Assembly: GCA_963711915.1 (NCBI GenBank)
Contig: CAVQGA010000022.1
Coordinates: 232,943 to 296,942 of the forward strand
Length of the DNA stretch: 64,000 nucleotides
Reading direction: 5' to 3'
From: an uncultured Gemmatimonadales bacterium
GTDB taxonomy: Bacteria; Gemmatimonadota; Gemmatimonadetes; Gemmatimonadales; GWC2-71-9
Numbering within the stretch: the first letter of the stretch is position 1; every line of letters starts with the position of its first letter. The position numbers and the translations under genes were made by a program. The notes below the pieces were generated by a model, which saw nothing but the letters and a program-made list of their open reading frames with translations, made no database searches and was not told the DNA's origin. Positions 17,221 to 26,696 of this stretch are shown piece after piece.

Positions 17221-19062
17221 TCAGCCCGCGGGCTCGAAGGCCCAGTTGAACACCCCGACGAACAGGATCGCTACGCCCGCGATGATGCCCCACGGTCCGA
17301 CGTGGTGGGAGGCCATCAGCCCGACCATCATGCTGGCGAGGCCGATCGCGGCCACCAGCGGCCAGAACGAGGGATTCGGCAGGTGGATGCCCTGCCCGCT
17401 CACCCGCGGCGGCTCCGGCAGCGGCCCACCGCGCTCACGCTTGGCCTCCCACACCGGATCCCGTCCGTGGACCACCGGGACCTCCGCGAAGTTCCATTCC
17501 TGGGGCGGCGAGGGAATCGACCACTCCAGCGTGGCGCCGTTCCACGGATCGGCCGGCGCGTTCCGCGGGCCGCGCCAGGTCTTGAAGATGTTGACCAGGA
17601 ACACCAGGAACGAGAGCGCCAGGATGAACGCCCCGGCCGTCTCCAGCCGGTTCAGGGTCTCGAACCCGAGCCCCTCGGGGTAGGTGTACACCCGGCGCGG
17701 CATCCCGTTGAGCCCGAGAATGTGCATCGGGAAGAACGTCACGTTGAAGCCGATCAGCATCAGCCAGAAGTGCACCTTGCCGAGCGTCTCGTCGAGCATC
17801 CGGCCGAACATCTTGGGCCACCAGTAGTACGCGCCGGCCGTGAGCGCGAAGATGCTGCCGCCGAACAGCACGTAGTGGAAGTGCGCCACGATGAAGTAGC
17901 TGTCGTTCTGCTGCATGTCGGCCGGGGGCGAGGCGTGCATCACGCCCGACAGCCCGCCGATGATGAACATCGCGATGAAGCCCAGCGCGAAGTACATCGG
18001 CGTCCGGTACTGGATCGACCCGCCCCAGATCGTGCCGAGCCAGTTGAAGATCTTCACCCCCGTGGGCACCGCGATCAGCATCGTCGTCAGCGAGAAGAAC
18101 GTGTCCGCGATCGGGCCCATGCCGGTCGTGAACATGTGGTGGCTCCAGACACCGAAGCCGAGGAACGCGATGAACGCGCCCGAGAACACCATGGCTGCGT
18201 AGCCGAACAGCGGCTTCCGCGAGAACACCGGCAGGATCTCGCTGATGATGCCGAACGCCGGCAGCACCAGGATGTAGACCTCGGGGTGGCCGAAGATCCA
18301 GAAGAAATGCTGCCACAGCAGCGGGTCGCCCCCGCCGGCGGGGACGAAGAAGCTGGTGCCGAAGAAGCGGTCGAACATGAGCAGGATGAGCGCGACCGTG
18401 ATGACCGGGAAGGCCAGCAGCAGCAGCACCTGGGTGATGAAGCTCATCCAGACGAACATGGGCATGCGCATGAGCTTCATGCCCGGGGCGCGCATGTTGA
18501 GGACGGTGACGAAGAAGTTCACCGCCGCCGCCAGCGAGGCGATGCCGAGGATCTGGAGGCCCAGCATCCAGAAGTCCACGTTGAGCCCGGGCGAGTACTG
18601 ACGGGACGTGAGGTTGGCGTAGCCGTACCACCCCTGGTTCGGCGCCGCGCCGAACAGGAAGCTCGAGTTGAGGAACAGCCCGCCCGCCAGGAACACCCAG
18701 TAGCTGAAGGCGTTGAGCCGGGGAAAGGCCACGTCCCGCGCCCCGATCAGAAGCGGGATCATGAAGTTGAAGAACATGGCACTGAGCGGCATGATCGCGA
18801 GGAAGATCATGGTCGTGCCGTGCATCGTGAACAGCTGGTTGTACGTGTCCGGCGCCAGGAAGGTGTTGTTCGGCGACCCCAGCTGCAGCCGGAGCAGTAG
18901 GGCCTCGACCCCACCCATCAGGAAGAAGAAGAACGCGGTCCCCCCGTAGAGGATGCCGATGCGCTTGTGGTCGACCGTGGTCAGCCAGCTCCACAGGCCG
19001 GTCGGCTCCGCGTGGCCCGCGGCGGCGTGCGCCCGTTGCTGGTCGAATGCGGTGGTTGCCAT
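17221..19062 (-). CDS. ctaD: cytochrome c oxidase subunit I
   Basis: TTVDHKRIGILYG, GHPEVYILVLPAFG and HHMFTTG motifs. ATG at 19062 (MATTAFDQQ). The upstream part of the 1001-aa ORF is read-through across ctaC. Confidence 0.95.
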   Translation of the reverse strand: MATTAFDQQRAHAAAGHAEPTGLWSWLTTVDHKRIGILYGGTAFFFFLMGGVEALLLRLQLGSPNNTFLAPDTYNQLFTMHGTTMIFLAIMPLSAMFFNFMIPLLIGARDVAFPRLNAFSYWVFLAGGLFLNSSFLFGAAPNQGWYGYANLTSRQYSPGLNVDFWMLGLQILGIASLAAAVNFFVTVLNMRAPGMKLMRMPMFVWMSFITQVLLLLAFPVITVALILLMFDRFFGTSFFVPAGGGDPLLWQHFFWIFGHPEVYILVLPAFGIISEILPVFSRKPLFGYAAMVFSGAFIAFLGFGVWSHHMFTTGMGPIADTFFSLTTMLIAVPTGVKIFNWLGTIWGGSIQYRTPMYFALGFIAMFIIGGLSGVMHASPPADMQQNDSYFIVAHFHYVLFGGSIFALTAGAYYWWPKMFGRMLDETLGKVHFWLMLIGFNVTFFPMHILGLNGMPRRVYTYPEGLGFETLNRLETAGAFILALSFLVFLVNIFKTWRGPRNAPADPWNGATLEWSIPSPPQEWNFAEVPVVHGRDPVWEAKRERGGPLPEPPRVSGQGIHLPNPSFWPLVAAIGLASMMVGLMASHHVGPWGIIAGVAILFVGVFNWAFEPAG

Positions 19063-19073
19063 ACGAGCCCTGT

Positions 19074-20267
19074 CTATTGGTGAGCGCGGAGGAAGGCGAC
19101 GAGCGACTTGGCCTCGTCGGGCGTGACACCCAGGTTGGGCATGAGCACGCCCTGCTTCATCGCCTGCGGATTCTGGATCCACCGGGCGAGCGTCTCGTCG
19201 GTATTCTTGAAGCTGCCCGCCCCGATGTACGAGCGCGCGCCGACGTTGGCGAGGTTGGGGCCGATCATCCCCTTGGGCGCGTCCACGGCCACCAGCGAGT
19301 GGCACCCGACGCAGCCCTTGGCCATGAACAGCTTCTCTCCGGCGGCGTAGGCGGGGTCCTGGGGTGGCGCGGCGGCTGCCGCCTTCGCGGCTGCCGCCTT
19401 GGCGGAGTCGGCCGCGGCCTTGGGCGCCTTGTCCCCGGCAGCCGGTCCCTGGGCCGTGGGTGCGACCGCACCCGCGCTGGCCGTCCGGACGGAGTCGGCC
19501 GGCGCCGCCGACGCGGCGGCCGCGGGCTTGGCGGCGAGCGTCTGCATGTGCGCCACCCAGGCCTGGAACTCCTCGGGCGTCTGCGCCTTCACCCGGAAGG
19601 CCATGCGCCCGTGCTGGATGCCGCAGAACTCGGCGCACTGGCCGGGATACTCGCCCGCCGTCTTGGCCTGAAACCAGAGCCGGGTTTCCCGGTTCGGGAA
19701 CACGTCCCGCTTGCCGGCGAACCGCGGCGGCCAGAAGCTGTGCACCACGTCCGCCGTCCCCATCCGGAGCGAGACCGTCTGGCCCACCGGAATGTGGATC
19801 TCGTTGGCGGTGGTGAGGTGGAGGTCCGGATAGCGGAACTCCCACCACCACTGGTGGCCCACCACCTGGACGTTGAGCACGTCGCCGGTGGGAATGGCCG
19901 CCGTCTGGAAGATCCCGCGCACCGTGGGCACGGCGATCGCGGCCAGGATCAGCGCCGGGATCACGGTCCACACGATCTCCACCGTGGTGTTGCCGTGTAC
20001 CTGTCGCGGCTCGGCGTCGTCCGGCTTGCCCCGGAACCGGAAGACGGCGTAGAGCAGCGCCCCCTCGACCAGGATGAAGACACCCAGGGCCCAATAGAAC
20101 GTCGTCGTCTGGATGTCGTCGCCGATCTTGGCGAAATCCGACAGCGGCCGCAGGGCCGTCTGCGGGTAGTGCTCGGGGCTGCACGCGGCCGCCAGCAGCA
20201 CGAGCAGCGGGAGCACGAAAGCCCACCGGCGAAGGCTCCGGAGAGCAGCGGTCCGAAGGAGGAGCAT
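19074..20267 (-). CDS. ctaC: cytochrome c oxidase subunit II with C-terminal cytochrome c domain (caa3 type)
   Basis: CuA site VVHSFW...CAEFCGIQHGRM. A long Ala/Lys/Pro linker is followed by the heme c motif CVGCH. Confidence 0.9.
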   Translation of the reverse strand: MLLLRTAALRSLRRWAFVLPLLVLLAAACSPEHYPQTALRPLSDFAKIGDDIQTTTFYWALGVFILVEGALLYAVFRFRGKPDDAEPRQVHGNTTVEIVWTVIPALILAAIAVPTVRGIFQTAAIPTGDVLNVQVVGHQWWWEFRYPDLHLTTANEIHIPVGQTVSLRMGTADVVHSFWPPRFAGKRDVFPNRETRLWFQAKTAGEYPGQCAEFCGIQHGRMAFRVKAQTPEEFQAWVAHMQTLAAKPAAAASAAPADSVRTASAGAVAPTAQGPAAGDKAPKAAADSAKAAAAKAAAAAPPQDPAYAAGEKLFMAKGCVGCHSLVAVDAPKGMIGPNLANVGARSYIGAGSFKNTDETLARWIQNPQAMKQGVLMPNLGVTPDEAKSLVAFLRAHQ

Positions 20268-20327
20268 TAGCCGGTCATCCTGTGGTCGAGGATCGAATGC
20301 TCATACCATGGGGAGTCGAGCCGCCGC

Positions 20328-20356
20328 AGTTTACGGCTTCGAGGCCCCTAGGTCAA
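20328..20356 (-). promoter_or_regulatory. candidate sigma70-type promoter for the cta operon (TTGACC-N17-TAAACT on minus strand)
   Basis: Read on the reverse strand: TTGACC (20356-20351), 17-nt spacer, TAAACT (20333-20328), about 60 nt upstream of the ctaC start in a locally lower-GC gap. Confidence 0.4.
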
Positions 20357-20453
20357 GGAACTCTTTGCTGTCTGCATTCTTAAAGGTCTGCTTCATGTCG
20401 CGCGCACCGACCCCCAGCTCGTCCGGGAGCAGCAGTAGTAGTTACAGGTCGTA

Positions 20454-21263
20454 CTACCTGCCGGTGATGACGCGGTCGAAGGGTGCTGCACCCGGCACCG
20501 GATAGCTGAAGTGCCACCACTCCTGGTCGTAGTTGGTGAACCCCTCCGACTCCATCGCCCGGACCAGGAGCTGCCGGTAGCGGCGGATCCGGCCGTCGGC
20601 GTTCGCGGTGTGGGCCGCCTCGGTGAACGTGTCGAACGGCGTGCCCATCGGCACCTCCGTCCCGGTCACCAGATCCACCAGCGTCAGGTCGACGGCCACC
20701 CCCAGGTTGTGGCGGCTCCGCCGGGCGATGTATCCGCTGTCGAGCAGCGCCCGCCGGCCGCGGCGCTCGGCCCAGTCCACCATGGCGAGCGTCGCCCGCA
20801 CGGGGCGATACCCGTCGAAGACCCGGAGCCCGAGGCCGCCACTCCGGAGCCGGCGCTGCACTCGGGCCAGTGCGGCCGCCACCTCCCGGCGGAGCAGCGC
20901 GCGCGGGGCTTCGTAGCCGGGGAGCGGCGCGCCCGTGAAGTTGTTCGCGCCGGCGTAGCGAGCATCCACCTCGATGGTCGAGTCGGCCGAGCGGACGTCG
21001 ACCAGCAGCGAGTCGGCGGCGGCGTCGGAGGCGATCGGAAGCGGGGGCGCTTCGACCGAGCTCCCCGCGGGGGCCGCCTCCACGGCGCTGTGGGCTGCCG
21101 GGGACACGGCGGCCGGTCGGGCCGGGCCGGACCCGCCTCCACACGCGGCCACCAGCAGGGCAGGCAGCAGCACCCGGAGACGCGGACCGCCGGGCGCGGC
21201 GGTGCGGGTCCGCTGCCTCGCTACGGCTAACGTTTCACCCGACAACGGCTTGGGGGCCTTCAC
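20454..21263 (-). CDS. D-alanyl-D-alanine dipeptidase (VanX/DdpX, peptidase M15D), lipoprotein
   Basis: FDGYRP, SRHNLGVAVDLTL and DQEWWHF motifs. Lipobox LLVAAC. The start is uncertain (GTG 21263 or TTG 21245); no ATG lies downstream of greA. Confidence 0.8.
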   Translation of the reverse strand: MKAPKPLSGETLAVARQRTRTAAPGGPRLRVLLPALLVAACGGGSGPARPAAVSPAAHSAVEAAPAGSSVEAPPLPIASDAAADSLLVDVRSADSTIEVDARYAGANNFTGAPLPGYEAPRALLRREVAAALARVQRRLRSGGLGLRVFDGYRPVRATLAMVDWAERRGRRALLDSGYIARRSRHNLGVAVDLTLVDLVTGTEVPMGTPFDTFTEAAHTANADGRIRRYRQLLVRAMESEGFTNYDQEWWHFSYPVPGAAPFDRVITGR

Positions 21264-21369
21264 ATTCCCGAGGCGCAAACTTGGTGGTATCTTGGAGGAG
21301 CCTTCTTCCTCCCCAGTCGCCCTGAGCAGCCAGCTCGGGGCCGACTTCTCTTTATCATATGGTTGCACC

Positions 21370-21861
21370 ATGATCCGTGAAATGCGGGAAAAGCTGAGTC
21401 GGGAGATCGACCAGCTCAGCCATGAGTTGAATATCCTGCTGCCGCAGGCGATCGCCCAGGCCGTCGAGCTGGGCGACCTGCGGGAGAACTCCGAGTACAA
21501 GGCGGCCCTCGAGCGGCAGCAGTTCGTGCAGGCGCGGCTGGGGCAGCTCCACCAGCGCCTGAACCAGCTCAGTCAGCTCGCCAACACGGAGGCTCCCACG
21601 GATCGCGTCGGACTCGGCTCCCGCGTGACGGTCCTGGACCTAGAGACCAACGATACCGACACCTACATGGTGGTGCTCGCGGAGATGATGGACATCGACG
21701 CGGGCCACATCTCGCTCGCCTCGCCGCTGGGCCGGGCGCTCTCGAACGGCCGGGTCGGCGACGAGATCAGCCTTCGCCTCCCGACCACGAAGCGGCGTCT
21801 CCGGATCCTCGAGCTGGTGACCGTCCACCAGACCGAGGGGACGGTCACCGGCAACGGCTGA
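21370..21861 (+). CDS. greA: transcription elongation factor GreA
   Basis: The N-terminal coiled coil carries the GDLRENSEYKAA motif. C-terminal domain has LASPLGRALSNGRVGDEI. Confidence 0.9.
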   Translation: MIREMREKLSREIDQLSHELNILLPQAIAQAVELGDLRENSEYKAALERQQFVQARLGQLHQRLNQLSQLANTEAPTDRVGLGSRVTVLDLETNDTDTYMVVLAEMMDIDAGHISLASPLGRALSNGRVGDEISLRLPTTKRRLRILELVTVHQTEGTVTGNG

Positions 21862-22229
21862 TGGAGTTTCCCCGCAGGCAGTTGCTCGTCGTCGGCGACC
21901 GGGTGTTGATCACGCCCGAGGAGGGAGATGATCGGACCCGGGTCGGGCTCTATCTGCCGGCCACGGCGCTCGACGCGCAGCAGGTGCAGACCGGCCTGAT
22001 CGTCGCGACCGGCCCGGGCACCCCCGTCGCCGACCTGAGCTCGATCGACGAAGAGCCCTGGAAGGTCGACACCCGCGAGGGCCGCAGTCGCGGGATGCAG
22101 GCGCGCGTCGGCGACCACGCCATCTTCTTCCGGAAGGCGGCGGTCGAGATCTCGTTCGAGGAGAAAAAATACCTGGTGGTGCCGCAGGCCGCGATCCTCG
22201 TGCTCATCCGCGACGACCTCCCGATCTGA
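21861..22229 (+). CDS. GroES/Cpn10-fold protein with internal insertion (not followed by groEL)
   Basis: VGDRVLI...GLYLP...TGLIVATGPG...RVGDHAIF...LVVPQAAILVLI follows the Cpn10 beta-barrel pattern. The ATG overlaps the greA stop (TGATG). Confidence 0.6.
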   Translation: MEFPRRQLLVVGDRVLITPEEGDDRTRVGLYLPATALDAQQVQTGLIVATGPGTPVADLSSIDEEPWKVDTREGRSRGMQARVGDHAIFFRKAAVEISFEEKKYLVVPQAAILVLIRDDLPI

Positions 22230-22286
22230 CCTCTGTGCTACGTCCTCTTCGCCGCGAGCCCGCTCACCCTCGGTGAGGTCCGGGCG

Positions 22287-22742
22287 ATGCTGCCGCCGGG
22301 GCTGGTGGCTCACGTGGCGGATCGCCCCGAGCTCGAGCTCCTCCGCGGCCTGCATCCCGCCGCTCGCACCGTGCTACGGCTGGCCGTCGGCGACTGCGCC
22401 TGCGACCTGGTGCGCGCGCGCCACTCGGACCCGCGCGAGGACGAGCGCGACCACCGGGCTCGCTGGCGCCGCGCCGGCGGGCCGCGCGCCGCGCTCATCG
22501 CCGCGATCGAGCGGCACCGGCGCGGCGCCGGCGTTCGGGCCCCGGCCGGCGGCTGGCCCCATGCGCTCGCGGCGTTCGTCGCCGAGCACGCCCGGAACGC
22601 GGGCGAGACGCTCTACCTGCTCCGCCACGACGCCGGCCCCGCGGCACCCGACCGCTCCGTCCGCCGGCGTTCGGCCGCCGAGGTCGTCGCCCGCCCCGAG
22701 GCGTGGCTGGAGGAGGGCGTGCCGGTGCTGGTCCGGCCCTAG
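22287..22742 (+). CDS. hypothetical protein
   Basis: 151-aa ORF with high GC3 and no family I recognise. The frame is open upstream to the groES-like stop, so a non-ATG start near 22233 is possible. Confidence 0.4.
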   Translation: MLPPGLVAHVADRPELELLRGLHPAARTVLRLAVGDCACDLVRARHSDPREDERDHRARWRRAGGPRAALIAAIERHRRGAGVRAPAGGWPHALAAFVAEHARNAGETLYLLRHDAGPAAPDRSVRRRSAAEVVARPEAWLEEGVPVLVRP

Positions 22743-23320
22743 TCCGTGTCCGCCGTCTTCGCGGCCGCTTCCGACTGCTCCATGTGATCGAGCACCCGTT
22801 CGGGCTCGACCTGGCGGCCGAGCTCGGCGAGCTCGGGGTCGCGCGCCGACTCGATCCCCATGCGCTCCGCGACCTCGCTCAACAGCGTGATGACCCGGGT
22901 GATCTCATGCTCGGCGAGGAGGCTCACCTGGAGGTCGAGGTCCGCCCGCTTGTCGGCGGCGGCGGCCATCCTGTTCTGGGTGATGAGCACGATGGTCGAG
23001 AGGAAGATGGCCTCGACCGACGCCACCGTGGCCAGCAGCCCGAACGAGTGATCGAACCGGGGCAGCGGCACCAGCCCCAGATTGATCGCGATCCAGAGCC
23101 CGAAGATCGCCACGTGCAGATAGATGAATCGCATGCTCCCGGTGAACCGCGAGATCCCTTCCACCGCCCGTTCGTGGCCGGTGCGGTTCCGTTCGTCGGC
23201 GCGGCGGCGCTCGATCAGGGTGGCGATGTTGCGCTCGACCACGCTGGCGAGCTCGGACGGCGGGGGAGTCGGGGACGCTGGCTCGGCGGTCATGGGCATG
23301 GGTCTCCTGGATGCGCTCAT
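22739..23320 (-). CDS. DUF1003 family membrane protein
   Basis: FTGSMRFIYLHVAIFGLWI...ATVASVEAIFLSTIVLITQNR pattern (two TM helices) followed by a charged C-terminal helix. Confidence 0.75.
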   Translation of the reverse strand: MSASRRPMPMTAEPASPTPPPSELASVVERNIATLIERRRADERNRTGHERAVEGISRFTGSMRFIYLHVAIFGLWIAINLGLVPLPRFDHSFGLLATVASVEAIFLSTIVLITQNRMAAAADKRADLDLQVSLLAEHEITRVITLLSEVAERMGIESARDPELAELGRQVEPERVLDHMEQSEAAAKTADTD

Positions 23321-23360
23321 CCAGGGTAGCGGGATCCCTCGCCCTCCGGTGTGCCCGCGG

Positions 23361-25232
23361 TCACCGGCCGCCGGTCAGCGCCCGCTCGTAGGCGGCCAGA
23401 ATGTGTTCGCGGCCGATCATGCCGAGCAATCGGCGCCCGCGGCCCTCGATCACCGGCAAGGCGGAGACGCCCCGCACTCCCATCCGCCTGGTGGCCTCGA
23501 GCAGGGAGTCGGACGGCGTCACGGTCTCGGTCGGCTCCGCCACATCCGCAGCGACGAGCGCCGCCTCCGGGTGCAGGTCATCGCGGGCCAGGCGGTCGAG
23601 GTCGGCCATCGTCACGACGCCGAGCAGGGCGCCATCACGGCTCACGACGGGGAACGCCGTCTGCACGCCCGGCCGGAAATGGCGCAGGAGTGTGGCCAGC
23701 GGTGCATCGGCCCGGAACAAGAGCGGCGCGCGCTCGTAGGCGTCGCGCACGCAGAGGTCGGTGAGCAGCGTCCGGTCGGCGCCGTGCTCGATCTGTTCCC
23801 CCCGCCGCCGGAGCCAGCCACTGTAGAGCGAGTCGGGCTCGAGCCGGCGGGCGATCTGGTGACAGATGACCGTCGTGAGCATCAGCGGTAGCACGATCGC
23901 GTAGTCGTTCGTCATCTCGAACACGATCAGGATTCCGGTGATCGGCGCGTTCGTCGCCCCGGCTACCAGCGCCCCCATTCCCACCAGCGCGTACGCCCCC
24001 GGGTGGATGTGGAGCGTCGGGAAGAGCTCGCGCAGCCCGACGCCGAAAGCGCCGCCCGTAGCCGCGCCGATGTAGAGCGAGGGCGAGAACAGCCCGCCGG
24101 AGCCGCCGGTCGTGAGCGTCAGCGAGGTCGCGAGAATCTTGCCGATCGCCAGCAGCAGGAGATAGTACCACGCCATGCGCCCGAAGACGTCCAGATGGAC
24201 AGAAAGGTGGCCGTAGCCCACCAGGATTCCGCGCGAGAGATAGACCATCGCCCCGACGAGCGCCCCGCCGAGCCACGGCAAGAGGGCGGCCGACACCGGT
24301 AGCCGACGGGTCCAGTCGTCCATCCGGGAGTAGGTCCAGATGAAGAGCGCCGAGGCCAGGCCGGTGACTGCTCCGAGCAGGGGATAGAAGAGGAAGACCT
24401 CGCGCGCCAGCGTATAGCCGTACTCGACAGGGATCGGAAAGGCGGGGTGGTTGCCGAATACCGCCCGGGAGACCACCGCGGCGAGCACGCTGCTCACGAC
24501 GACCGCGGAGAACGCGCCGGCCGCGAAGGAGCCGAGGATCTCCTCCAGGGCGAAGAACGCCCCGGCCAGCGGGGCGTTGAACGCGGCCGAGATCGCGGCA
24601 GCCGCGCCCGCGCCGACCAGCGTGGAGACTCGGCCGGACTCGAAGCGAAAGATCGCGCCGAGCCAGGAGCCGAAGGCGGACCCCAGCACCGTGACCGGCC
24701 CCTCGCTTCCCGCCGAGCCCCCGGCGCCGATCGTGACCGCGCTCGCCGCCGTCCGCGCGAGCGCCGGCCGCGCGGGAATCCGGCCCCGGCGCCGGGCCAC
24801 GGCGAGCTGCACATCCGGCACGTTGAGCCCGTCGTGTCCCTGTCCGAACCGCCGCATGATGGCCCACGCCGCCGCGAACCCCGCGGCGGTCACCAGCGGC
24901 CGATAGGCCAGGAAATCGGAACGGCTAAGGAAGGTCCCCGGCCAGCGGTAGAACACCGTATAGGCCGCGTCGATCAGCTTGTAGAATCCCACCACGCCGA
25001 GCGCCGCAGCTACCCCGACGGCCACGGCGAACGCCAGAAGAATGGCATTCTCGCTCAGCCCGAGCCCATTGAACCAGTCCACGAACCGGCCCCACATCCC
25101 GCGCGCGGCCACGACCGGCCGGCCCACCACGACGATGGCCCGGCGCCGGGCGGAGCGCGCGTGGCGCCACGTGGTTCCGGCGGTGCCCCAGAGCCGAAGC
25201 AGCCGCCGACGGCTGCGGAAGGACAGCGGCAT
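23361..25232 (-). CDS. ClC family voltage-gated chloride channel/antiporter with C-terminal CBS pair
   Basis: GAGGSAGSEGP, GGSGGLFSPSL and GIL(I)VFEMT motifs. CBS-like C terminus. An alternative ATG at 25097 (MWGRF...) is plausible. Confidence 0.85.
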   Translation of the reverse strand: MPLSFRSRRRLLRLWGTAGTTWRHARSARRRAIVVVGRPVVAARGMWGRFVDWFNGLGLSENAILLAFAVAVGVAAALGVVGFYKLIDAAYTVFYRWPGTFLSRSDFLAYRPLVTAAGFAAAWAIMRRFGQGHDGLNVPDVQLAVARRRGRIPARPALARTAASAVTIGAGGSAGSEGPVTVLGSAFGSWLGAIFRFESGRVSTLVGAGAAAAISAAFNAPLAGAFFALEEILGSFAAGAFSAVVVSSVLAAVVSRAVFGNHPAFPIPVEYGYTLAREVFLFYPLLGAVTGLASALFIWTYSRMDDWTRRLPVSAALLPWLGGALVGAMVYLSRGILVGYGHLSVHLDVFGRMAWYYLLLLAIGKILATSLTLTTGGSGGLFSPSLYIGAATGGAFGVGLRELFPTLHIHPGAYALVGMGALVAGATNAPITGILIVFEMTNDYAIVLPLMLTTVICHQIARRLEPDSLYSGWLRRRGEQIEHGADRTLLTDLCVRDAYERAPLLFRADAPLATLLRHFRPGVQTAFPVVSRDGALLGVVTMADLDRLARDDLHPEAALVAADVAEPTETVTPSDSLLEATRRMGVRGVSALPVIEGRGRRLLGMIGREHILAAYERALTGGR

Positions 25233-25274
25233 CGGCGAATTCTAGCCGGATCAAGCCGCGCGCAGAGGCCAGCT

Positions 25275-25303
25275 TTGCGGCCTCCACTGCCGGGGGGTAT
25301 ACT
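25275..25303 (+). promoter_or_regulatory. candidate sigma70-type promoter for the rsb-like operon (TTGCGG-N17-TATACT)
   Basis: Hexamers at 25275-25280 and 25298-25303 with a 17-nt spacer, about 115 nt upstream of the GTG start at 25421. Confidence 0.4.
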
Positions 25304-25420
25304 CCAGCGGCTTACCGATGGCGAAGGCCGTTGCCGCCGCGGTTCCACCCCGTTCGTTTCGGCTCGCCCGACCCCGCCGAAGAGCCCGACCCGCCCCTTT
25401 GGCCCTGAGAGGAAACCCCC

Positions 25421-26290
25421 GTGCCAGCCGACCGCCCGAGCCGCCTTCCCGACATCCTGCGCAAGCATGAAAGCCAGCTGCTCACCGACTGGCTGCGGGA
25501 ACAGCAGACCAACTTGGGACGCCGTCGGGATATGCTCTCCGACCGCGAGCTCGAGGCCCAGTCTCGCGAGCTGCTCGGCCTGCTGCGCACGGCCGTCCAG
25601 ACGGGCTCACCCGATGGGGTCCGGTCCGCGCCGGAGTGGGCCCCCGTGCGGGACATGCTTGGCGGCGTCTCCCGGAGCCGCGGGCTCCAGGGCTTCACGC
25701 CCGCCGAGACGGCCGGCTTCGTGTTCTCGCTCCGGGGGCCGCTCTCGCTCAAGATCCGGGACGAGCTTGGCGCCGATTCGAACCAGCTGTTCGAGGAGCT
25801 CCGGCAGACCGGCGACATGATCGACCGGCTCGGGCTCTACACCACGGAGGTGTTCCAGAAGAGCCGCGAAGACGTCATCCAGCGCCAGCAGCAGGACATG
25901 CTCGAGCTGTCCACGCCGGTCGTGAAACTGTGGGAAGGCGTGCTCGCCCTACCGATGATCGGCACCCTCGACAGCTCGCGGACCCAGGTCGTGATGGAGT
26001 CCCTGCTCCAGCGAATCGTCGAGACCGGCGCCCAGGTCGCCATCCTCGACATCACCGGCGTCCCGACCGTGGATACCCTCACCGCCCAGCACCTCATCAA
26101 GACGGTTACCGCCGCCCGGCTCATGGGGGCCGACTGCATCATCAGCGGCATCCGGCCGCAGATCGCGCAGACGATCGTGCATCTGGGCGTCGACCTCGGC
26201 GACGTCGTCACCAAGGCCACGCTCGCCGACGCGTTCGCCGTGGCGATGAAGCGGCTCGGCATGGCGGTCGTGCGCTCGACCGCGGGCTGA
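25421..26290 (+). CDS. rsbR: stressosome scaffold protein RsbR-like (RsbRD_N-type sensor domain + STAS)
   Basis: N-terminal helical domain (ILRKHESQLLTDWL...). C-terminal STAS with ILDITGVPTVDT and IISGIRPQIAQTIVHLG, as in Bacillus RsbR paralogues. Confidence 0.8.
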   Translation: MPADRPSRLPDILRKHESQLLTDWLREQQTNLGRRRDMLSDRELEAQSRELLGLLRTAVQTGSPDGVRSAPEWAPVRDMLGGVSRSRGLQGFTPAETAGFVFSLRGPLSLKIRDELGADSNQLFEELRQTGDMIDRLGLYTTEVFQKSREDVIQRQQQDMLELSTPVVKLWEGVLALPMIGTLDSSRTQVVMESLLQRIVETGAQVAILDITGVPTVDTLTAQHLIKTVTAARLMGADCIISGIRPQIAQTIVHLGVDLGDVVTKATLADAFAVAMKRLGMAVVRSTAG

Positions 26291-26300
26291 GGGCCCCACC

Positions 26301-26696
26301 GTGGACCGAATCCCGATTCTCAAGATGGGCGACCTCCTCCTGGTGACGATTCAGGTGGACATGCACGACCAGCTCGCCCTGACCCTGCAGGACGACCTCA
26401 CCGACCGGATCTCGCGCACCGGCGCCAAGGGCGTGCTGATCGACATCAGCTCGCTCGAGGTCGTCGACTCGTTCATCGGGCGGATGCTGGCCAACATCGC
26501 CGGCATGGCCCGGGTGCTCGATGCGACCACGGTCGTCGTCGGCATGCAGCCGGCGGTGGCGATCACGCTCGTCGAGCTCGGCCTGTCTCTGCCTGGCGTG
26601 CGCACGGCGCTCAACGTGGAGCGCGGCATGGCCCTGCTGCGCGGCGCCGTCAACGGCCCACCGGGCGGGACGGGCGATGCACGTTCAGCGGAATGA
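26301..26696 (+). CDS. rsbS: stressosome STAS protein RsbS-like
   Basis: Single STAS domain, IPILKMGDLLLVTIQ...LIDISSLEVVDS...VVVGMQPAVAITLVELG. Confidence 0.8.
   Translation: MDRIPILKMGDLLLVTIQVDMHDQLALTLQDDLTDRISRTGAKGVLIDISSLEVVDSFIGRMLANIAGMARVLDATTVVVGMQPAVAITLVELGLSLPGVRTALNVERGMALLRGAVNGPPGGTGDARSAE

Noticed and set aside
16435-18900. 821-aa plus-strand ORF
   Set aside because: It is antisense to ctaD/ctaE, has extreme R/E/D/H composition and no domain signature. This is a typical high-GC antisense artefact.
17221-20226. 1001-aa ORF extending ctaD upstream
   Set aside because: Homology to oxidase subunit I begins at MATTAFDQQ (19062). The extension overlaps ctaC, which is clearly coding in another frame.
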